DNA of 64,000 nt, from the NCBI RefSeq assembly GCF_045037415.1, contig NZ_CP173438.1. One strand, given 5' to 3'. The stretch is from Escherichia coli (GTDB lineage: Bacteria > Pseudomonadota > Gammaproteobacteria > Enterobacterales > Enterobacteriaceae). A program made the position numbers and the translations under genes. A model generated the notes under the pieces. That model worked only from the letters and a program-made list of their open reading frames with translations, searched no databases and was not told the DNA's origin. Shown piece by piece: positions 19,406 to 27,355 of the stretch; within the stretch, counting starts at the first letter, position 1, and each line of letters starts with the position of its first letter.

Positions 19406-22228
19406 ATGACGGCAGAGTACCTCAGGGACTGGCAACAACCGCGCCACGCAGTGGGGCGTGAAGGAACGGGGATCCCCGCTCCTGAATCCGCGCTTTCCTC
19501 CTGGCTGGATGCCTACCGGGCAGAGAACGAGCGCCGCCAGGAAATGGCTGATGCGGCGTTCTCAGCCACGCCGCTGGGCAACCTGATTAATAAAAGCCTG
19601 GACGCACAGGAAAAACAGGACAAAACCATCACACTGGCAGGAGACGCCAGAAAACAGGCACGTGGCGCGGTGGATGAAGCCATGGCCTCGCTGCGCCTGC
19701 TGCCGTCCTATCTGCGCGATCCGCTTATTCGCCACCTCTCCTTCCTGCGCAAAAAACAGGAAGCCGATCGCCGGAAAGGCAAAAAGAGCTGGCAGGCGGA
19801 ACGCTATGCACGCGGAACCCTGCGCAAAATATTCGAACGTCTGGATAGCACTGACGGACGCTGGCTGACACCGGGTTATCGCTCCCTTGCCGGACGCGAA
19901 CGCCTGGACGATTTGCTTTACCTGCCGCAGCTCAACAAACACCAGATACAGACGCTGGCCACCATGACGGCGGCGATGTTCAGCAGCACCTTCGAAAAAC
20001 TCTGCGATGGCTTTGGCGCGACCGATGGCGAGCTGACCATGGATGTAACCCTGAAGGCGTATCAGATGCTGGCCCGCATGGCGTTACACCTGCACGCCAT
20101 GCCTCCACATTATGACGCACTGACAACAGACAAAGACCGGAGGAACGAACCGGACACGGAGCTGCTGCCGGGCGCAATCCTTCGCCTGACCTGTGCGGAA
20201 TGGTGGAAACGCAAACTGTGGCTGTTACGTTGCGAGTGGAGAGAAGAACAACTCCGCGCCGCCTGTCTGGTTTCCAGAAAAACATCACCCTATCTGAGCC
20301 AGGACGCGTTAAGCGAGTTTCGCGCACAGCGCGAGAAAACACGCGATTTCCTGAAAAGTTTCATGCTGGAAAATGAAGACGGGTTCACGATTGATCTCGA
20401 GACAGTGTATTACGCGGGAGTAAGTAACCCGGTTCACCGTAAGGCAGAAATGATGGCCACCATGAAGGGACTGGAACTTCTGGCCGAAGCCCGTGGCGAC
20501 AAAGCGGTGTTTCTGACTGTCACCTGCCCGTCAAAATACCACGCCACAACGGAGAACGGTCATCCGAATCCCAAATGGAACGGGGCCACAATGCGCGACT
20601 CCAGCGATTACCTGGTTAACACGTTTTTTGCGGCGGTCCGCAAAAAACTGAACCGCGACGGCCTGCGCTGGTATGGCATCCGCACGGTGGAGCCTCATCA
20701 TGACGGCACCGTGCACTGGCATATGATGGTCTTTGCACATCCGGAAGAAATCGACACCATTGTGTCCCATACCCGCGATATTGCCATTCAGGAAGACCGC
20801 CACGAGCTGGGCAATGATATTACTCCGCGCTTTAAGGTGGAGTATGTCGACGGCTCAAAAGGCACGCCAACCAGCTACATCGCCACCTACATCGGAAAGA
20901 ACCTGGACAGCCGCGCCGTGGATGGCATCGACCCGAAAACGGGCAAGCCACGCGTGGACCACGAAACCGGAAAATCAATGGCCGAGAGCGTGGAGCGCGC
21001 CATCGGCTGGGCGCGCCTTCACCGGGTCCGTCAGTTCCAGTTCTTTGGCATCCCCTCCCGTCAGGTGTGGCGTGAACTGCGCCGCCTTGCCAGCCAGATG
21101 GCACGCAATCCGGAAGGCCCGCAACGGCTGAAAGATGATGCAATGGATGCGGTACTCGCTGCCGCCGATGCCGGGTGTTTTGCCACCTACATTGAAAAAC
21201 AGGGTGGCGTGCTTGTTCCACGCAAGGACTACCTGATTCGCACCGCCTACGACCTCGCAGATGAGCTGAACGATTACGGCGAACAGAGCGTACAGATTTA
21301 CGGGATCTGGTCACCACTCATCGGGGAATCCTCCCGTGTGTGCACGCATCCGGATAACTGGAAGCTGGTAAGACGTAAACCGGAAGCGGAAGACAGCGCC
21401 CGCGAAAATGGTTTTGACCTTCAGGGCGGCCCTGCCGCCCCTTGGACTCGTGGCAATAACTGTCCCCGTGTACAGGAAACGGACAACAACGGGACAGAAC
21501 AGCCGGAAGAACGGCCAGCACCGTGGCCGCAGCTCCCTGACGGCGTTGAAGTGAACGAATGGATGCGCTCACTGAAACGACACGAACGCCGGGCGCTGAT
21601 GCGTTCGCTTCGTGACAAACAGGCAAAAAACAGCAGCGATGAAATGCAGAGCTGGACACAGAGCCGCAAACAGCAGCGGCCTTTGCCTGATAACCACGAA
21701 TTACTCGCTAAAGAATGGCGGGAGTCTGCTGAATCTCTCGGCCTGCATATCGGTGAACAACAGATGCAGCACCTGTTACGGGGCGGCAGTCTGTACGTTG
21801 ACGGCAGCATCATTGCACCGCAGGGATTTGAAATTGTACGCAAACCGGATACCCGCCCGGACAGCCGAATCACGCAGCTCTGGCAGCGCCTGAGCCGTAA
21901 TCATGGCGTAAGCAGCACGGAGATCCGCCATAACCCGGTCGCCAGCTATCTGGCACAGCTGGGGGCATCAGACCCTGAAGCCGCCGCACGCCTGGCATCC
22001 ACACTTCAGCAGGGCCAGAACACCATGAAAACACCCGTTACCGTGCTTTCTGACATGCTGCGCGCCATCCGCGACGCAGAGCACGCACAGAGAATCAGTG
22101 AAACCACTGAACGCGCCAGCCGCAAAGCAGACCTGCTGCGGGGTGGCCTGACCAGTGGAAACAAAAAACAGACAGAAACGGGACTTACGAATCCCGTAAA
22201 TGAGCAAAAAACGCGCAGCGATATATGA
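19406..22228 (+). CDS. P2 gpA-type rolling-circle replication initiation endonuclease
   Basis: 940 aa; HxH metal motif in TVEPHHDGTVHWHMMVFAHPEE, typical of gpA/gene II Rep proteins; longer than P2 A as I recall it (about 760 aa). Confidence 0.8.
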   Translation: MTAEYLRDWQQPRHAVGREGTGIPAPESALSSWLDAYRAENERRQEMADAAFSATPLGNLINKSLDAQEKQDKTITLAGDARKQARGAVDEAMASLRLLPSYLRDPLIRHLSFLRKKQEADRRKGKKSWQAERYARGTLRKIFERLDSTDGRWLTPGYRSLAGRERLDDLLYLPQLNKHQIQTLATMTAAMFSSTFEKLCDGFGATDGELTMDVTLKAYQMLARMALHLHAMPPHYDALTTDKDRRNEPDTELLPGAILRLTCAEWWKRKLWLLRCEWREEQLRAACLVSRKTSPYLSQDALSEFRAQREKTRDFLKSFMLENEDGFTIDLETVYYAGVSNPVHRKAEMMATMKGLELLAEARGDKAVFLTVTCPSKYHATTENGHPNPKWNGATMRDSSDYLVNTFFAAVRKKLNRDGLRWYGIRTVEPHHDGTVHWHMMVFAHPEEIDTIVSHTRDIAIQEDRHELGNDITPRFKVEYVDGSKGTPTSYIATYIGKNLDSRAVDGIDPKTGKPRVDHETGKSMAESVERAIGWARLHRVRQFQFFGIPSRQVWRELRRLASQMARNPEGPQRLKDDAMDAVLAAADAGCFATYIEKQGGVLVPRKDYLIRTAYDLADELNDYGEQSVQIYGIWSPLIGESSRVCTHPDNWKLVRRKPEAEDSARENGFDLQGGPAAPWTRGNNCPRVQETDNNGTEQPEERPAPWPQLPDGVEVNEWMRSLKRHERRALMRSLRDKQAKNSSDEMQSWTQSRKQQRPLPDNHELLAKEWRESAESLGLHIGEQQMQHLLRGGSLYVDGSIIAPQGFEIVRKPDTRPDSRITQLWQRLSRNHGVSSTEIRHNPVASYLAQLGASDPEAAARLASTLQQGQNTMKTPVTVLSDMLRAIRDAEHAQRISETTERASRKADLLRGGLTSGNKKQTETGLTNPVNEQKTRSDI

Positions 22229-22270
22229 AGCGCGCACAAAACAGGCAAAAACGGGATTTCAGAATCCCGT
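22178..22270. repeat. Two 20-bp palindromic direct repeats (acgggaYttMMgaatcccgt) spanning the gene A stop, upstream of parM
   Basis: acgggacttacgaatcccgt at 22178..22197 and acgggatttcagaatcccgt at 22251..22270, each within a conserved ~27-bp context. Confidence 0.5.
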
Positions 22271-22304
22271 AAACGATTAATTAATCAACATAAGGAAAAG
22301 CGAC

Positions 22305-23264
22305 ATGAAAATTTGTATCGACGACGGCTCCACCAACATCAAGCTGGCATGGACTGAGAATGGCGAACGCCGCAACGCCATCAGCCCGAACAGCTTCAAG
22401 TCGGAATGGTCTGCGCCGTTCGGTGGCATGCAGCCCGCGAACTACATGCTTGATGGCGTGCGCTATGGTTTTGATCCGGTTAGCGATCGCTTTGTCCAGA
22501 CGACCGACACGCAATACCAGTACAGCGATGTGAATGTAATCGCCATTCATCACGCGCTGGTCAAATCAGGCATCACGCCACAGGAGGTGGATGTGGTTGT
22601 CACCCTGCCACTGAGCGAGTATTTCGACACAAACGCACAGCCGGACATGGCCAACATCAACCGCAAAAAAGCGAACGTTATGCGCCCGGTGGAATACCAG
22701 AACGGCGAAGCATTCACTATCCGTAACGTGCGGGTTATGCCTGAATCCATTCCGGCTGGCTTTAAAGCACTGGCTGACATGAGTCCGTTTGAATCCCTGC
22801 TGATTGTGGATTTAGGCGGAACCACGCTGGATGTGGCAAAGGTTCAAGGGCAACTGGCAGGTATCAGCCAGGTGTTTTGCGATCCACACGTAGGCGTTTC
22901 CCTGATGGCCGATGCCGTACTGTCGGTGATGGCCACTAACGGTATGCGCACCAGTCACCACATCGCCAATACCATTATCGAACATCGCCATGATGAAGCC
23001 TGGCTGCGCCAGCACATCCACAATGACGCGCATTACGCCAGCCTGATGGCGGTTATTCGTGAAAAGGAAGAAACACTGAAACAACGCGTGATCCGCTCGC
23101 TGGCGGTTTTTTCGGGTTACGGGCGGGTGATGGTTGTCGGTGGAGGGGCGGAGATTGTGGCACCCGCTATCCGCGAAGTCTGCGGAGTTAATGCGACTTT
23201 CATCGCGGACGGGGTGCCACAGTTTGCTCTGGTTAATGGGCTGTACGCAATGGACAAGGAGTAA
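22305..23264 (+). CDS. ParM/StbA-like actin-family partition ATPase
   Basis: MKICIDDGSTNIKLAW...ISPNSFKSEW...YSDVNVIAIHHAL...VVGGGAEI parallels recalled plasmid R1 ParM (MLVFIDDGSTNIKLQW...ISPNSFKREW...YSDVNVVAVHHAL...). Confidence 0.8.
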   Translation: MKICIDDGSTNIKLAWTENGERRNAISPNSFKSEWSAPFGGMQPANYMLDGVRYGFDPVSDRFVQTTDTQYQYSDVNVIAIHHALVKSGITPQEVDVVVTLPLSEYFDTNAQPDMANINRKKANVMRPVEYQNGEAFTIRNVRVMPESIPAGFKALADMSPFESLLIVDLGGTTLDVAKVQGQLAGISQVFCDPHVGVSLMADAVLSVMATNGMRTSHHIANTIIEHRHDEAWLRQHIHNDAHYASLMAVIREKEETLKQRVIRSLAVFSGYGRVMVVGGGAEIVAPAIREVCGVNATFIADGVPQFALVNGLYAMDKE

Positions 23265-23268
23265 ACCA

Positions 23269-23583
23269 ATGACGACACCAACCAGACGGATAAGTTTCTA
23301 TCTGAAGCCCGCCGCCGTCAAGAGTGAACAGGAGGCGTGCAATTACCTCGATAGCCTGCCAGCCTCCGAACGCAGCCGCGCGCAACGCGCGGCCTTTCTG
23401 GCTGGGCTAGCGCTCATAAAGCGCAACCCAGCATTTGCCTACTGGATGGCCGAATGGCCAGAGGACAACCTCCCCTTCAATACCGTTAGCATCAAGGAAA
23501 CATACCAGGATAATCAGCCTAGCGGAGTTGAATGCAATTTTTATAAAATAAAAAAGAATATTCAGACCTTATTCCCAGAATAA
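23269..23583 (+). CDS. ParR-like centromere-binding protein
   Basis: MTTPTRRISFYLKPAAV...LDSLPASERSRAQRAAFLAGLAL parallels recalled R1 ParR (RTIAFKLNPDV...LDSIPQGERSRLNRAALTAGLAL); directly follows the parM-like gene. Confidence 0.65.
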   Translation: MTTPTRRISFYLKPAAVKSEQEACNYLDSLPASERSRAQRAAFLAGLALIKRNPAFAYWMAEWPEDNLPFNTVSIKETYQDNQPSGVECNFYKIKKNIQTLFPE

Positions 23584-23666
23584 TCTGATAATTGTATGTG
23601 AACTAATAAAATACAGACCAACACATCATTCTGGCACCCTTGCTAACAGGGTGCCAATGTTTCAAA

Positions 23667-24509
23667 TCATGATGAAATTGCCGAAGTTTTTTTATCGTGC
23701 TGAAGTACCGCAAATGCCATTAAAACCTCAAGAGAATAGCGGCGATAATACTTAACAAAACCATAATAAAATACTCGGGATGCAGCAATACAAAACAAGA
23801 GAAGAAAACAAAAAGGTAACAGTCTGATATTTATATCTATTAAAAAGGATAGAAGGAGCAGGAACATAAGCAACCAGACTGAAGCGAGAAAAACAAATGT
23901 AATGTTTCTACAAAAACCATACAAAGCAACATAGTTTTGCATTTTCACCTGATGATTTTTAGAATGTTCATACACATAATGATAAGCAAGGCGAAAAAGA
24001 TCGCCCCTCAAGCCCTTACGTCGATATAGCGTAGATACAGAAAAAACATTTATATAACCATCTCGTATTTGCGGCCAAAAGACTTTAATAAGTATAGAAT
24101 GCAGTGTGGTTTTATGATGTTCTGCTTTATCAAAAGCTGATACAGGAAATAAAAAAACTCCACGAATAAAATTAACTATACTGAACTTAGTATTATGTCG
24201 TTTTATTTTCAGGGAGCTTCTTTTAGAAAACAGATAAATTGAAGGATACCCAAGTTTACTGTTCATGTATTTTTCAATTAAACAGGATGATAGAATAGAT
24301 ATGAAGTGACCTGAAATATATGATAGAACGATTAATACCACATATATAAATACACTTATTATTTCTTTATATTTCAGGATATGGTTAAGAATACCTTCTA
24401 TATAAACAGGGTTAATTTCAATAGAAAACAAAAAAAGGATAAACAGGAATAACCCACCTGGAATTAGATAGCCCAAAAAGTCATAAAATGAAAACGGATT
24501 CTGTGTCAC
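23667..24509 (-). CDS. Polytopic membrane protein (280 aa, at least 4 TM), unknown function; second gene of the AT-rich cargo operon
   Basis: GTG start with RBS aggggg; two N-terminal and two C-terminal hydrophobic helices around a basic ~130-aa loop; about 32 percent GC by eye. Confidence 0.6.
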   Translation of the reverse strand: MTQNPFSFYDFLGYLIPGGLFLFILFLFSIEINPVYIEGILNHILKYKEIISVFIYVVLIVLSYISGHFISILSSCLIEKYMNSKLGYPSIYLFSKRSSLKIKRHNTKFSIVNFIRGVFLFPVSAFDKAEHHKTTLHSILIKVFWPQIRDGYINVFSVSTLYRRKGLRGDLFRLAYHYVYEHSKNHQVKMQNYVALYGFCRNITFVFLASVWLLMFLLLLSFLIDINIRLLPFCFLLLFCIAASRVFYYGFVKYYRRYSLEVLMAFAVLQHDKKTSAISS

Positions 24510-24548
24510 ACTTCCCCCTGTGTTACTTGTAAATTAAAGGGTAAAACA

Positions 24549-25046
24549 TTATTTGTTTTTCCGTAAAGGATTAGCTTTCCATCTTCTTACTAACCATTCG
24601 AATTCTTGATATGTAGTATCCGAATTAATGCTTTCTCTGATTGCTTTAATTAATGGCTCGGCAATATCATATGTCTCTACAACTGTTGTGTAAGATGTTC
24701 TTTTTATCATTTTTTCATCATAAATACCTTCACGAATACTTACAGCAACTCGCTCGTAAAAATTTAAAATATATTGAAATTTTCGACGCTCGGCCATTTC
24801 TTCATCTGTTATTATGCAACCATCACAAGGAAAAACATAAGAACGAAATGATTTGCCTGAACGATGCACTTGTTTCAGGGTATGCAATGACTCTATATAT
24901 TGCATATCTTGCCGACTCTCAAAAAGAAAGTTGGCCGTTTGAGTTTTTTTTGCGGTACGCACATTGTAGATAATGGTTCCAATGGCAACCAAAACGCCAA
25001 GCAGAACAATAGCATTGCTGATGATTTGTAGTGTTATTGGGTTCAT
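24549..25046 (-). CDS. N-terminally membrane-anchored protein (165 aa), unknown function; first gene of the AT-rich cargo operon
   Basis: MNPITLQIISNAIVLLGVLVAIGTIIYNV (one TM) followed by a ~140-aa charged soluble domain; AT-rich. Confidence 0.6.
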   Translation of the reverse strand: MNPITLQIISNAIVLLGVLVAIGTIIYNVRTAKKTQTANFLFESRQDMQYIESLHTLKQVHRSGKSFRSYVFPCDGCIITDEEMAERRKFQYILNFYERVAVSIREGIYDEKMIKRTSYTTVVETYDIAEPLIKAIRESINSDTTYQEFEWLVRRWKANPLRKNK

Positions 25047-25057
25047 CCTATTTCATC

Positions 25058-25088
25058 CATAAAAAAGGCGGGGAGCAAATCCCCGCCT
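25058..25088 (-). terminator. Intrinsic terminator / candidate attenuator directly upstream of the 165-aa gene
   Basis: Minus strand reads ggcgggg-atttgct-ccccgcc then tttttt; the T run ends about 12 nt before the ATG at 25046. Confidence 0.55.
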
Positions 25089-25107
25089 CATTAGAGGTCA
25101 ACGTAGC

Positions 25108-25143
25108 TTAGAAACCATCAAATTCATCATACATTTTTTTCAT
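25108..25143 (-). CDS. Candidate leader peptide (11 aa, MKKMYDEFDGF)
   Basis: Strong SD gaggggg 5-6 nt upstream of the ATG; stop codon 18 nt before the terminator stem. Confidence 0.35.
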   Translation of the reverse strand: MKKMYDEFDGF

Positions 25144-25195
25144 ATCAACCCCCTCATAGAAATCATAACCACGTTTTGTGGTTTTTGTGACGTAT

Positions 25196-25224
25196 AAACT
25201 ACATCAAAGGCAAGCCACGGTCAA
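25196..25224 (-). promoter_or_regulatory. Candidate sigma-70 promoter for the leader and membrane-protein operon
   Basis: Minus strand: ttgacc, 17-bp spacer, tagttt; followed by the palindrome ccacaaaacgtgg before the leader RBS. Confidence 0.3.
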
Positions 25225-25769
25225 ATATATAGGCATGCTTACCTGCACAAAAGTGCACAAATTTGCACAATTTTTTTGAACGACTTTTTACCCTTCCGGC
25301 CCGCATGGCGGCTGGATCCGTCAAGGATCCGTGCGTGCACAAAAAAACGCGCTTTTTCTGCGCGCAGGTGACGGGGGAACAGCCCGCGTTTCAGGGGGTA
25401 AATAGCATTCCCTGAACGATGTCGCAGAGACACAACAGAATGGCCATATTTCTCACGCTGAGCATGAAAAAGGCGTGAGGGCTTTTGATTTGATGGGGTG
25501 AAAGGTAAGGCCGTCAAAATCGCACTGAGGCAGCGAGAACATGCAGTCAACGCGGTGGAATTGCGTAAGAGTCTGACCGTCGATGGTGGCGATAAACTGG
25601 AAGGCGTCGTGAAATTATCTGATTGATACAGGAGCTGGAGAGCCGGGGCATAAATTTTTTATGCCCCGGCGAAGCAGCAGACAAGCGAAGCGCGTCAGCG
25701 ATACGGCACCTTGCCGACCATACTTCATAAGTGCAAAATACGAGCAAAGAAATCAATGGAGGCTGTCTT

Positions 25770-26294
25770 ATGGTCATTAATTACAAGCAGTTAAGAGAAA
25801 AACGGGAGCAGGTAAAGGAGAGCTTTCGCCGCAATGAAGATCTGACCCCGCTTGTACGCCTTGCCCAGGGCATTGTTGATGCTTATGAAATCTCGCTGGA
25901 GCTGCCATCACAGACCTGGACAGATAGCGACGGTAATCGCCAGCATTACGTTTCATGCGGACTGGAAGCAGCCGAAGGATTTCGCAGAATGCCTTTATCC
26001 CAGATCCCTGCCGCTACCCCCAAAGCACGGGGCAGCAATGATGAGCGAAAACTGACTTTTAGTATTGAAACGGTGGTTGACGACACACCTGGCGAAGTCG
26101 CGTTCGTGCACACTCCTGTTTCGATCGCAATGTATAACGATGAAATACAGGTTCGCGTTAATAATAATATCGTGCCACTTAAAGAAGGTAATTCACCCTA
26201 CACCACCGTTTGTGAAGCCATTCAATATTACGTTCTCTCTGAAATTGATAATCTCAAGCCTGACGGCACCCAGAAAATGGTTCAACTCTGGTAA
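25770..26294 (+). CDS. Hypothetical protein (174 aa), convergent on the portal gene
   Basis: ATG 25770 with RBS ggagg; MVINYKQLREKREQVKESFRRNEDLTPLVRLAQGIVDAYE...; no motif recognised. Confidence 0.45.
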   Translation: MVINYKQLREKREQVKESFRRNEDLTPLVRLAQGIVDAYEISLELPSQTWTDSDGNRQHYVSCGLEAAEGFRRMPLSQIPAATPKARGSNDERKLTFSIETVVDDTPGEVAFVHTPVSIAMYNDEIQVRVNNNIVPLKEGNSPYTTVCEAIQYYVLSEIDNLKPDGTQKMVQLW

Positions 26295-26308
26295 AAAGGA
26301 CAGCCCCA

Positions 26309-27355
26309 TCACGGGGCTGTTTTTTCATCAAGAAGAGCATAAGAGTTAAAACGGATCACCTCTTCGCCAAGCCAGTCATTGATGTGCTTCATAGCCTCCA
26401 TAACGGGCATCAGCTCGTTAATTGCGTAAACCCGCGCTGCCTTCTCCACATCGCCAAACGCACTTTTTTCGCCCGGCATCGCCCCCATCAGTTGCGGCGG
26501 AACGCGGTGCGCAGCCAGCACATCATCACGGGATGCCGCCTTAACATTCATGAATTCATCTTTTGCGGTGATCTGCTGGAACGGCAAAATTTGCACCCCC
26601 TCTTTGCCCCCGTTGGGCGCATGAATGAGCACGTTTTTAAACGCACCACCACCACGTGCCCCCTGTAGCGTTTCTTTCAGGGAGTCCATGCTTTCGCGGT
26701 TTACCTGCGCTGCACCGATGTAGATGATGCACCCGGCGTGGGATCCGTTGTCGTAGTACAGTTTTCTGAACATGTCCGCCGAATGAGAAAGGCTGGCCGA
26801 GAGTAATGCGCCAAGATATTCCGGCATGCCGTAGATTTCCTGGTTAATATCCGGATTCATCAGGTGGCACACTTTGCCAGGACGAAACTGAAACGCGTCC
26901 TTGCCATCCTGCACATACCACCATGATTCAAGATCGCTTCCGCGTCGCATGTATTTCGCCAGGGCGTGCCGTAATTTAAGCGGTTCGCCGAGCATATTGC
27001 TTCGAAGCTCAAGGAATGCGTTACCGAACACAAACCAGTCCAGCGCCAGCGCCGAGAAATCCTGCCGGGAAAGCAGCGGGTGCGGGATGTAGCAACCGAG
27101 TAATACATTGCGCTTAAAGTAAAGCGCAGACTGATGCCAGGACGTTTGCCGGGCTGCTCTTGCCAGACCGTACCAGTCCACCGGGGTTTCATACCACCGC
27201 CCGTTATCAGCACAGTACATATTGTCCAGCAGGTCATGCCCGGTCAGGCGATAAGGACCATCAAATGTGAATGCACTGAGCGATGATTCTTTCCTGAGCG
27301 CATCAGCGAGATCAATGCGTGAACTCATGCGCACTTTTTTATTTTTTCTGCTCAT
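26309..27355 (-). CDS. Portal protein (P2 gpQ-like)
   Basis: 348 aa (P2 Q is about 344); ATGA-coupled downstream of the large terminase, as in the P2 QP operon. Confidence 0.85.
   Translation of the reverse strand: MSRKNKKVRMSSRIDLADALRKESSLSAFTFDGPYRLTGHDLLDNMYCADNGRWYETPVDWYGLARAARQTSWHQSALYFKRNVLLGCYIPHPLLSRQDFSALALDWFVFGNAFLELRSNMLGEPLKLRHALAKYMRRGSDLESWWYVQDGKDAFQFRPGKVCHLMNPDINQEIYGMPEYLGALLSASLSHSADMFRKLYYDNGSHAGCIIYIGAAQVNRESMDSLKETLQGARGGGAFKNVLIHAPNGGKEGVQILPFQQITAKDEFMNVKAASRDDVLAAHRVPPQLMGAMPGEKSAFGDVEKAARVYAINELMPVMEAMKHINDWLGEEVIRFNSYALLDEKTAP

Noticed and set aside
25061-25090. ggcggggagcaaatccccgcc considered as the P2/186-type cohesive end (recalled consensus GGCGAGGCGGGGAAAGCAC)
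   Set aside because: It is a perfect inverted repeat with a flanking T run on the minus strand (a terminator), and similarity to the recalled cos sequence is limited to the GGCGGGGA stretch.
25239-25777. Two minus-strand ORFs (103 and 76 aa) in the region upstream of the membrane-protein operon
   Set aside because: Both begin with non-ATG starts and are Arg/Ser-rich with no RBS; the region is more plausibly noncoding (promoter and possible packaging sequences).
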